From NCBI GenBank assembly GCA_031962025.1, contig JAVRKW010000017.1: DNA of 10,351 nt. One strand, 5' to 3'. The stretch comes from Pseudothermotoga sp. GTDB lineage: Bacteria > Thermotogota > Thermotogae > Thermotogales > DSM-5069. This document shows, one piece after another, positions 1-7,327 of this stretch. The notes below the pieces were generated by a model that saw nothing but the letters and a program-made list of their open reading frames with translations, did no database searches and was not told the DNA's origin. The translations under genes and the position numbers were made by a program. The number at the start of each line of letters is the position of its first letter. Within the stretch, counting starts at the first letter, position 1.

Positions 1-2
1 GC

Positions 3-176
3 CTAAAGTGTGGTTTATCAATCGACAGAGATTTAAACTCTGCGATTAATATGTTAAAAGCAGTAGGGCTGGACCGGTCCGAATTAAAGCCCGTGGAGTG
101 GGAGACCACTGCCAAGATATTTAGGGGCAATCCCTATATCCTGGTAAGTCACACCATGTTGAAACGGGAAGCCTAA
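3..176 (+). CDS. tnpB: TnpB RNA-guided endonuclease of an IS200/IS605-family element, C-terminal 57 aa (5' part outside the window)
   Basis: Manual translation of frame +3 gives LKCGLSIDRDLNSAINMLKAVGLDRSELKPVEWETTAKIFRGNPYILVSHTMLKREA*, with TAA at 174-176. This matches the TnpB zinc-ribbon end plus RuvC-III signature CxxCG-x3-DRDxNAAxNI. Bases 1-2 (GC) are compatible with a TGC Cys codon. The KPVE...KREA tail is typical of tnpB ends overlapping the omegaRNA. Confidence 0.9.
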   Translation, partial: LKCGLSIDRDLNSAINMLKAVGLDRSELKPVEWETTAKIFRGNPYILVSHTMLKREA

Positions 177-241
177 TCTCCTGAATGGGAATCCTATCCC
201 ATTTAGGGGATTGGGAGGAGGTCAAACACTTTCTCAAACTT
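60..241 (+). ncRNA. Putative TnpB omegaRNA/reRNA: scaffold about 60-225 plus about 16 nt of flank-derived guide
   Basis: Stems seen directly: GGGCT 66-70/AGCCC 88-92; CCCGT 90-94/ACGGG 164-168; imperfect hairpin 110-146; 19-bp hairpin 172-215. The position overlapping the tnpB 3' end and the IS right end matches known TnpB guide RNAs. Both RNA ends are estimates. Confidence 0.7.
172..215 (+). repeat. 19-bp inverted repeat (IS subterminal hairpin)
   Basis: CCTAATCTCCTGAATGGGA (172-190), loop ATCCTA, TCCCATTTAGGGGATTGGG (197-215). On the + strand this gives 16 Watson-Crick pairs, 3 G-U/T wobbles and no mismatches. Confidence 0.9.
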
Positions 242-485
242 TCGGTCAAGGAGATGAACATTATCTGCCAATAGATTATGTAGATCCAAAATGAAAGCAA
301 TTGTCGCTGCGACGAAAAATGCATCTGAAGCCGTTGGACTTTCCCAAATAACGGGAACTATAGAACCCGGAAAACTGGCAGATCTAATCGTTGTGAAAGA
401 AGATCCACTGAAGAACATAAGCTTACTCACTGAAAAAGACAAGATCAAGATGGTTTTCAAAGAAGGTACTATGGTGAAAAGTTAA
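226..485 (+). pseudogene. Metal-dependent amidohydrolase (prolidase-like) pseudogene, IS-interrupted and internally deleted
   Basis: Frame +1 (226-294) reads TLSQTFGQGDEHYLPIDYVDPK*, resembling the internal SQTxGHGD motif of this family. Frame +3 (291-485) reads MKAIVAATKNASEAVGL...GTIEPGKLADLIVVKEDPL..., the classic amidohydrolase C-terminus. The catalytic barrel expected between the two pieces is absent. Confidence 0.8.
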
Positions 486-1114
486 TCAAGGTATTCTTCA
501 ACGTCTTTTATCAATTGTTTATCTGCAACTTTATGCAAATAATCCCATAATTTTTGATCCTTCATTGTTATCATGGCAATTGCCTTTAAGATGAACGGCT
601 TTGTTTCAGAATGAAGCTGTTCATCTTTGTATGCTTTAACAAGGCAATCGATCGCCTTAGGACTGGTGATATGTGCCAGAACCATAATTGCCTGCTCTGC
701 AAGATCATTTCTGTATTCATCCTCTAAGAGAAAATAACTTGCGATATCTATGACCTTTTCACCATCACCCAATTTTGCGAGTGCTTCGTAGATGACAAGT
801 TGAGCGCTCTCCTGATCGTATCTGTTCAAGAGCTGGTACAGGTCCTTTTTTATACTCATCTCCTGTAAATCTGAAAGGATATCCACCAGGTACAGCGTGA
901 GAATGTCGTTTTTACCCTGTTCGTGAAGTTTTTGTTTGAATTTTTCCAAAAGCACCGGCTTTGCCTGATCACCAAATCTCTGAATAGTCTGTAAAACGAT
1001 TTCTCTGACTTCCTCGTTCTCATCTGTTAACAGTTCCAGAAGTTTTGGTATCGCTTCAACACCCTTTTCGCTCACTATTCTGTCTATGAGAGTTCGATAT
1101 CGCTCTAAGTCCAT
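482..1114 (-). CDS. HEAT-repeat (PBS-lyase-like) protein, 210 aa
   Basis: Repeated helical units: AIPKLLELLTDENEEVREIVLQTIQRFG, ALAKLGDGEKVID, AIMVLAHITSPKAIDCLVKAYKD. It overlaps the sbcC end by 10 nt and has an upstream AAGGTGG SD-like sequence. Confidence 0.8.
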   Translation of the reverse strand: MDLERYRTLIDRIVSEKGVEAIPKLLELLTDENEEVREIVLQTIQRFGDQAKPVLLEKFKQKLHEQGKNDILTLYLVDILSDLQEMSIKKDLYQLLNRYDQESAQLVIYEALAKLGDGEKVIDIASYFLLEDEYRNDLAEQAIMVLAHITSPKAIDCLVKAYKDEQLHSETKPFILKAIAMITMKDQKLWDYLHKVADKQLIKDVEEYLD

Positions 1115-3660
1115 CTGACTACACCACCTTTTTCAACCACCAATTTTTTGTCGAAATACTCGGCAAACTGTGGATCATGTGTGACAAAACCAATTATTTT
1201 GTTCAGTTTTTCCATCTGCTTCAATGCACCTGCTATGCGAAATTTATTATCCTCATCCAGGGCTGAGAATCCTTCATCTATGAAGAAGATTTCCATATTA
1301 CCGGTAGCCATCTCGGCAATTGCGATTGCCAGGGCAAGCGATACTACTGTCTTTTCACCACCAGAAAGACCATCGGCACTTCTCTCAATACCTGAATCCA
1401 TGATTACAAACCCCGATTCTTCGATTTTGATTTTGAATCTTCCGTCGGTCAGTGTGTCGAGCATATCGTTTGTCTTTGTGATTATTCCTTCGAGTACCAT
1501 GTTTGTGACAAATGACTGAAATTCTTTAGCCGACAGAGTGTTTTTCACCAGTTCGGTGATTTGATACTGTCTGTGAATCACCTCAAATTCATTCTGTAAA
1601 TCTTTTTTCTGCTGTTCGATTTCTTTCAATTCTTTCATCATGTGCTCAGCTATTGCCTTTTGCCTTATATACTCTTCTCTCTGCTTTTTGATGGCTTCCA
1701 GTTCATCGGTCAATTCTCTGTAATGGCTTTCACAGGTTTCATACTCGAGCGTAACAGATTTTTTCAGTTTATCGAGTTCCTCATAGCTTTTTTCGATCTG
1801 TAGATCGATCTTGTGAATCATCTCAAGGCTACTCTGCTCAGGCATAGTTTTTTGACTGTAGATCTCAAATTCTTTAAAGGTCAGACCAATCCTTTCGAGT
1901 TTTTCAAAAAAACCCTTTTTGCTCTCATCCAGCTTGACTTTCTGCTGAATGAGCTGAGAAGAAATAACCTCTATGTCGTTTTTCAATTCTTCAATTCTTC
2001 TGCTCAATTGTTCTTTTGTTCCAGTTAATTTTGAGATCTCTGACTGAATCTGTACTTTTTTCCTGAACAGATCTTCAATTTGCTTTGACAGTTCCCTTAT
2101 CCTGTGCTTGACAAGACTATCATAACCAATCTGTTGAAGGTTTCTCTCAATTTCATTTATCTTTTCTATACAATCCGACAAATCTTTACTGGCTTTTCTC
2201 AGACTTTCATCCAAATTCTCTTTTTCCTGTACCAAAGAATTTATTTCGGCATTTATCTGTTCAATCTGCCTTTGATTTTTTTCGATGAAATTTTTCAACT
2301 GTTGATATCTCTGTATGTCTACCCGTTGCTGTTCATGGGCAGTTCTATGGAAAACATTTCCACACACGGGGCATGTGTCGCCATCTTGCAAATTCTGTGC
2401 TATTTCTTGAGACATCCATATCAGTGCCTGTTGTCTTATCTGATCGTATTCTTTCTCGGACTGTTCAAGTGCACTGTTGAGCTTTGCCAATATGTCCTGT
2501 CTTTCACAGATTTTTTTCTCAACTGTGGAAAGATTGCCGTTGAGATTTTCTTTTTGCTGTTCCAAAAATGTTTTTGCAGTTCTCAATTGGTTCAACTCAT
2601 TCAAAAGTGGTTCACTCTGTAAATCGATTTTCTGAAGTTGATCTCTCTGAGAACTGAGCTGAACCATGAGCTGTTCAACTTTGTTCTGATTTGTTTTGAA
2701 GTTTTCAAGTTCATGGTCAATTTTGAGAATGTCACTTTCGTGTTTTTTGATCTGTTCGTGCATTTTATTCTGTTCTTTTTGCAAAGACTCGACCTTTTCC
2801 TGAACATTCAAAAGAATTTGATATTCTCCCGCCACAGAGCTGGCAAGGCTTATCTTTCTTTCTTCTTCAGCTCTATTGACCAGTCTATCTCTCTGATTTT
2901 TTAATTGTTCCAGGTTTTTCTCGATCTGCTTTATCTGCTGCCAGACTGTCATCTGCTGTTCTATCGATTTCAGTTTTTGTTCTGTGAGTGCAAGCTGCTG
3001 TTGAAGTTCCTGAGACTTTTTGCTGTAAAACTCTATTTTTTCTGGGCTTACTGCATTGATGATCTGTTCGGCTCTTATCCTTAAATCGCTGAGTCGAGCC
3101 TGTTTTTTCTCGTGCTCTATCTGAAGGTTTTTCATAAGTTCATTGACCTTTTCTTGCACAGATCTGAGGATCTTTTTGGGGAAAAGCACATCAAAAACTA
3201 TGTCATTGATCTCCGATCTTTTTGCTGTGAGCAGGTATGTTGCCCTGCCCTGAGGCAGAAAAAAGGTACTGATGAAACTCTCATAGGTGGTATTCAAAAT
3301 TTTTTGAAGTTCTCTGTCAACATGAGTTCTCTGAGTAGCGATAATTGTTCCATTTTCCGTCAATAAAGCTTCTGTACCAGAAGATTTCACTTTCCTGAGT
3401 ACTTCATATTTTTTCCCATTTCTCAAAAAAGAGAATCTCACCTGGCAAGTATCAGTCGATGAACGAATGTAATCCTGAGGGCTCTTCTTCCCGTACCTGA
3501 CACCCATTCCATACAATGCAAAAACAATAGCTTCAAGCAAAGAAGATTTGCCGGCACCATTTTGTCCAACGATTAAAAAAACACCTTCTTTGAAATCCAG
3601 CTTGCAATTTTCGATTCCAAGGAAATTAACGACCTCAAGGCTGAGTGGTCTGATCCTCAC
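1105..3660 (-). CDS. sbcC: SbcC/Rad50 SMC-family ATPase
   Basis: Walker A GQNGAGKS, Q-loop LPQG, long coiled coils, central zinc hook CPVCG (Cys codons within 2362-2373), signature LSGGE, Walker B FFIDEG, D-loop SALD and H-loop VTHD. It lies next to sbcD. The start is taken as GTG 3660 but is uncertain. Confidence 0.95.
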   Translation of the reverse strand: MRIRPLSLEVVNFLGIENCKLDFKEGVFLIVGQNGAGKSSLLEAIVFALYGMGVRYGKKSPQDYIRSSTDTCQVRFSFLRNGKKYEVLRKVKSSGTEALLTENGTIIATQRTHVDRELQKILNTTYESFISTFFLPQGRATYLLTAKRSEINDIVFDVLFPKKILRSVQEKVNELMKNLQIEHEKKQARLSDLRIRAEQIINAVSPEKIEFYSKKSQELQQQLALTEQKLKSIEQQMTVWQQIKQIEKNLEQLKNQRDRLVNRAEEERKISLASSVAGEYQILLNVQEKVESLQKEQNKMHEQIKKHESDILKIDHELENFKTNQNKVEQLMVQLSSQRDQLQKIDLQSEPLLNELNQLRTAKTFLEQQKENLNGNLSTVEKKICERQDILAKLNSALEQSEKEYDQIRQQALIWMSQEIAQNLQDGDTCPVCGNVFHRTAHEQQRVDIQRYQQLKNFIEKNQRQIEQINAEINSLVQEKENLDESLRKASKDLSDCIEKINEIERNLQQIGYDSLVKHRIRELSKQIEDLFRKKVQIQSEISKLTGTKEQLSRRIEELKNDIEVISSQLIQQKVKLDESKKGFFEKLERIGLTFKEFEIYSQKTMPEQSSLEMIHKIDLQIEKSYEELDKLKKSVTLEYETCESHYRELTDELEAIKKQREEYIRQKAIAEHMMKELKEIEQQKKDLQNEFEVIHRQYQITELVKNTLSAKEFQSFVTNMVLEGIITKTNDMLDTLTDGRFKIKIEESGFVIMDSGIERSADGLSGGEKTVVSLALAIAIAEMATGNMEIFFIDEGFSALDEDNKFRIAGALKQMEKLNKIIGFVTHDPQFAEYFDKKLVVEKGGVVRWT

Positions 3661-4747
3661 CAACCTCCTTGAACAATCTCTCTACCAGCTTCACCATAGG
3701 TTCTTCTAACTCACCGTATCTTCCTTTCACATAAATTCGATAAAGCTCTATTAAATCCGTCTTCTGACGAACTATATTAGGAGAATCAACTTCTTTCTCA
3801 TTCATCCTGAATTCAACTTTTACCACACATTCGAAGTTTTCCATCAAATACTTTCTGACTTCGTCTGATGCGGAGCTTTCAAAAATGATCCTTGCATATC
3901 CATCAAAGTTTTTCAGTTGATTTGTCAGTGCTTCCAGTGATGGCTCTGAATAATCAGCCATTCTAAAAGTCTTGAGCCTTTTATGCGGTGTGTCAACACG
4001 GCGAAGACGAGTTTTACGCTGATCGAATTCAACTATAAACGCTCCTTTGGTATCATACTCTTCACCGAAATCAAGTGCAATTGGTGAACCGGCATAGCAT
4101 GTGACAGGAGATTGCTGAACTATTGAGCTGTTGTGTATATGACCCAGAGCAACGTAATCTAACCCGGTTGGTATCACCGATTTTTTGATCTGTACACCCA
4201 GAGCAATCTCTTTGTCTGATTCGATCAAACCTTCTATCAGCAAATGTCCAGCCAGTATGTTTATCTTACTTTCGTCTATCTGGTTACGCACTTTGACCAG
4301 AAAATCATTCAGATATTCTCCAGCCAATTTCTGCGGATCCTGATCAGCATCAAGCAATCTCTGTGGATCTGTATGTGGCAGAAAAAATAAATTGAAATGT
4401 TCCAAGGCGATCTGTTCTGGACGGTCCACGATTGTCAGATTATTAACAGGAAGGTTTTTCCAGGCTTTGAGTCCCTGCCAATCGTGATTACCAATCACAA
4501 GAAAGGTGTGCGCAATGGCAGAAAATCTGGCAAGAACATCACTGAGCAAGGTCAAAGCTTCAATCTTTGGTGACACCCTGTTGTGCAGGACATCCCCTGT
4601 TACCAGAATCAGATCGACCTTTTCTTCTTCGGCAACCTGTACAAGATAAAACAGAGCCTGCCTGATCTCCTGGGATCTGTCAATTGATTTAGAGCCAACC
4701 CAGGATTCCAAGCCAAGGTGCCAGTCAGATGTATGCAGGATTTTCAA
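3635..4747 (-). CDS. sbcD: SbcD/Mre11 nuclease, about 370 aa
   Basis: Phosphoesterase motifs HTSDWHLG, TGD, GNHD, GH and YVALGHIH, plus YAGSP...DFGE. The likely start is TTG 4747 (MKILHTSDWHLG), just after the panB stop. GTG 4756 is an alternative. Confidence 0.95.
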   Translation of the reverse strand: MKILHTSDWHLGLESWVGSKSIDRSQEIRQALFYLVQVAEEEKVDLILVTGDVLHNRVSPKIEALTLLSDVLARFSAIAHTFLVIGNHDWQGLKAWKNLPVNNLTIVDRPEQIALEHFNLFFLPHTDPQRLLDADQDPQKLAGEYLNDFLVKVRNQIDESKINILAGHLLIEGLIESDKEIALGVQIKKSVIPTGLDYVALGHIHNSSIVQQSPVTCYAGSPIALDFGEEYDTKGAFIVEFDQRKTRLRRVDTPHKRLKTFRMADYSEPSLEALTNQLKNFDGYARIIFESSASDEVRKYLMENFECVVKVEFRMNEKEVDSPNIVRQKTDLIELYRIYVKGRYGELEEPMVKLVERLFKEVGEDQTTQP

Positions 4748-4748
4748 A

Positions 4749-5546
4749 TCAGCCACCAGCCTTGAAAACGTTTTCTTGTGATGGAAAGACCCGGTTTCGA
4801 ACGTCGAACACGTATTTCTGGACCGCTTCCAGAGACTGCTGGTACAGATTGGCATACCTTTTTGCAAATTTTGGAAGAAAAGCGGGATTCAAGCCAAGTA
4901 AATCGTGAAGCACAAGGATCTGTCCATCACAATATCTGCCAGACCCGATGCCAATCGTCGGGATCTTCAGATTCTCGCTTATCATTCTGGCTGTCTCTTC
5001 AACAACCATTTCAAGGACTATTGAAAAAACACCAGCTTTTTCAAGAGCTTCTGCCTCTTGAAGAAGATATTCAGCATCTTTTTCATCTTTACCCTGCACT
5101 CTGTACCCACCAAAGACATTCACAGACTGTGGCGTTAACCCCAGATGTCCCATCACGGGTATACCGGCTTTTACAAGCCTCTCGATCAAAGGAACATAGA
5201 ATGAACCGCCTTCGAGTTTCACTGCGTTTGCACCTGCTTCTTTCAGAAATCTTCCTGCGTTTCTGACCGCATCATCTACAGAACATTGATAGGACAAAAA
5301 CGGCATATCTGCTATTATGAATGCTTCCGGTGCACCCCTTCTCACAGCCTGAGTGTGTCGAATCATGTCTTCCATGGTGACCGGCAGGGTATCTGAGTAA
5401 CCAAGAACGTTGTTTGCAACTGAATCACCAACTAAAATGGCATCAACACCAGCCTGATAGACTATATTGGCAAATGGCGCATCATAAGCAGTTATCATAA
5501 CAATAGGCTGTTTTCCCTTCATAGACATGAACTTCTGAACGTTCAT
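4749..5546 (-). CDS. panB: 3-methyl-2-oxobutanoate hydroxymethyltransferase
   Basis: Motifs MITAYD, ILVGDS, ADMPFLSY, VKLEGG, VMGHLGLTPQS and IPTIGIGSG..CDGQILVLHDLLG; 265 aa. Confidence 0.97.
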   Translation of the reverse strand: MNVQKFMSMKGKQPIVMITAYDAPFANIVYQAGVDAILVGDSVANNVLGYSDTLPVTMEDMIRHTQAVRRGAPEAFIIADMPFLSYQCSVDDAVRNAGRFLKEAGANAVKLEGGSFYVPLIERLVKAGIPVMGHLGLTPQSVNVFGGYRVQGKDEKDAEYLLQEAEALEKAGVFSIVLEMVVEETARMISENLKIPTIGIGSGRYCDGQILVLHDLLGLNPAFLPKFAKRYANLYQQSLEAVQKYVFDVRNRVFPSQENVFKAGG

Positions 5547-5552
5547 CTTTTC

Positions 5553-6350
5553 TCACCATCCTTTGATTTCTTTGAGCACTTTCACCATTTCCGTGTAGAG
5601 ATTTTTATACTCCAAAAAACATTTTTCAAAAAGCTTTTGCTCACTTTCAACGACAGACCAGTCACCTCTGACAACTGGTCCTGTCAGTGAAGACTCAACA
5701 CCCAGGGTTGATATGTTTTTCGAAGTGTTCAGCATCAAAGAAGGTATGATCTTTTCAAAACCATCTATACCGTATAGATCGTATAACTTTCTGGCAAGAT
5801 AAGCAAGTCCAATGGTGAAATTGGACGCCAGTACAGCAGCAAGATGATAAGCTGTTTTTGATTCTTTTGGTATTTCGATCCAACAATTTGATATCTGCTG
5901 AACTATCTGCCTTGCAAGAGATATTCCCTTTTCATTACCTTCAATACCAAAACAACATCTGTCAATGAATTTAAGAGCGATCTTTTCATTTGCAAATGAG
6001 AGGTTTGGATGGATGGATCCTCTTCCCCAGCCGTGTTCATCGGCATCTTCAAAAATATCAGAAGCCAGGAAACCGCTGAAGTGATAAACATTCACATTTT
6101 CGCTCAATCTATTTTTTATTTTTGAATAAACCGATGTTATAACACTGTCCGGCACTGATATGAAAACAACATCCCTTAAATAAAAATCTTCATCGTAGGT
6201 GACAGCAATACCCTGACCCAGCTTTTTTGTGAACGCAGTTGCTTTTTCTTTCGACCTTGAGATGACATAACCTATTGAGAAATCTTTCCTAAGTAAAACC
6301 TTACTCAAAACCAGGCTGACCCTGCTGGTTCCCGCTATATTTACAATCAT
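5553..6350 (-). CDS. Rossmann-like/DUF2520 protein, probable PanG-type ketopantoate reductase, about 265 aa
   Basis: Family motifs SVPD, HFSG, SIHPNLSF, YHLAAVLASNF and LTGPVVRGD. It ends 6 nt upstream of the panB start. The likely start is ATG 6350 with upstream GGTGAG. Confidence 0.8.
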   Translation of the reverse strand: MIVNIAGTSRVSLVLSKVLLRKDFSIGYVISRSKEKATAFTKKLGQGIAVTYDEDFYLRDVVFISVPDSVITSVYSKIKNRLSENVNVYHFSGFLASDIFEDADEHGWGRGSIHPNLSFANEKIALKFIDRCCFGIEGNEKGISLARQIVQQISNCWIEIPKESKTAYHLAAVLASNFTIGLAYLARKLYDLYGIDGFEKIIPSLMLNTSKNISTLGVESSLTGPVVRGDWSVVESEQKLFEKCFLEYKNLYTEMVKVLKEIKGW

Positions 6351-6363
6351 GGTCTTCTCACCA

Positions 6364-6391
6364 TTTAAATTAAACCACATAATGATAAAAT
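6364..6391 (+). promoter_or_regulatory. Candidate sigma70-type promoter for the ttuA-rodA operon, in a 74-bp divergent intergenic region
   Basis: Extended -10 TGaTAAAAT at 6383-6391 and a weak -35 TTTAAA at 6364-6369. SD AGGAGG at 6412-6417 precedes ATG 6425. Confidence 0.45.
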
Positions 6392-6424
6392 CTCTAATAT
6401 GAAAGGTTCACAGGAGGTTGGACG

Positions 6425-7327
6425 ATGAAATGTAAAAAATGTTCTAACACCGCGGTGATACATCTTCGCCAGCACAATACCGCTTACTGCGGCGAACACT
6501 TTGTCGATTATTTTGAAAAGCGCGTTGAAAAAACCATAGATGAGTATTCAATGTTCAGCAAAGATCACAAAATTCTCGTGGCAGTCTCTGGTGGTAAAGA
6601 CAGCATGACTCTGTGGTACGTTCTGACTAAGCTTGGTTATAAAACCGATGGTTTGTTTATCGATGTGGGTACAACCGATCCTCAAATCGATCTTTTCTGG
6701 CAACTTTCGCAGAGAATAAATTCAAACCTGAAACTGGTAGATGCAAAGGAACATCTCAATGGTCTTTCAGTACCTCAAATAGCCAGAATACTGAAAAGAC
6801 CGACATGTTCAATATGTGGAAACATTAGAAGATACCTGATGAACAAAGTGGCATTTGAAGACGGATATGATGTCGTGGTGACCGGTCACAACCTCGATGA
6901 TGAGGTCTCGTTCCTATTGGGTAACCTTTTGAACTGGAACATTGGGTATCTACAAAGACAAGCTCCATTTATGCCAAAGACTCATCACAAAATCGTGGCA
7001 AAAGCAAAACCACTGGTCTGGTTGACAGAAAAGGAGATATACACCTATGCTCTGTTGAATAAAATACCATTCTACAGCGAGAGATGTCCTTTTTCCAAAG
7101 ATGCGAGTTCTTTGAAATACAAAAGAGTCCTAAACGATCTTGAAGTTGATCAACCAGGAACAAAGCTCAGGTTCTACAAGCAATTTCACAGACTACAACT
7201 GTTCAGAACAGATGGTGTGAAATTGAATGAATGCCAGGTTTGTGGCTATCCAACAACTTCAGAAAAATGCAGTTTTTGCAGAATGAAAGAGAGGATAGAA
7301 GATGCCCTGGGAAAACAGGAGATTTGA
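6425..7327 (+). CDS. ttuA: TtuA/TtcA/Ctu1-family tRNA 2-thiolation enzyme (TtuA-like)
   Basis: N-terminal zinc finger CKKC...CGEH, PP-loop SGGKDS, CSIC and CPF Fe-S ligands, GHNLDDE, and C-terminal zinc finger CQVC...CSFC. The two flanking zinc fingers favour TtuA/Ncs6 over TtcA. Confidence 0.85.
   Translation: MKCKKCSNTAVIHLRQHNTAYCGEHFVDYFEKRVEKTIDEYSMFSKDHKILVAVSGGKDSMTLWYVLTKLGYKTDGLFIDVGTTDPQIDLFWQLSQRINSNLKLVDAKEHLNGLSVPQIARILKRPTCSICGNIRRYLMNKVAFEDGYDVVVTGHNLDDEVSFLLGNLLNWNIGYLQRQAPFMPKTHHKIVAKAKPLVWLTEKEIYTYALLNKIPFYSERCPFSKDASSLKYKRVLNDLEVDQPGTKLRFYKQFHRLQLFRTDGVKLNECQVCGYPTTSEKCSFCRMKERIEDALGKQEI

Larger units (their letters stand above)
1..225 (+). mobile_element. Right end of an IS200/IS605-family (IS605/IS1341-type) insertion sequence
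   Basis: The tnpB 3' end is followed by GAAG (168-171), a subterminal hairpin (172-215) and AGGAGGTCA(A) (216-225). Host-like coding sequence starts abruptly at about 226. The exact end is 224 or 225. tnpA, if present, lies outside the window. Confidence 0.85.

Noticed and set aside
172..215. Hairpin as a Rho-independent terminator
   Set aside because: There is no U-tract on either side. The IS right-end/omegaRNA context explains it better.
121..460. Minus-strand ORFs 121-324 and 203-460
   Set aside because: They are antisense to the tnpB end and the amidohydrolase remnant, cross the IS boundary and show no recognisable motifs.
291..485. 64-aa ORF as a standalone small protein
   Set aside because: It is only the C-terminal fragment of an amidohydrolase and has no SD.
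1148..3366. Several plus-strand ORFs and minus ORF 2601-2807 within sbcC
   Set aside because: These are shadow ORFs. Their F/L/I-rich composition is the antisense image of a K/E/Q-rich coiled coil.
482..4747. SbcCD plus HEAT gene as an anti-phage or anti-plasmid SMC system (Wadjet or Lamassu type)
   Set aside because: The Mre11 and zinc-hook Rad50 are canonical and lie in a housekeeping context. No kleisin/KITE subunits or recognisable effector are present.
4748..4867. 40-aa N-terminal extension of SbcD in the ORF track
   Set aside because: It overlaps panB extensively, and SbcD family similarity begins at LKILHTSDWH.
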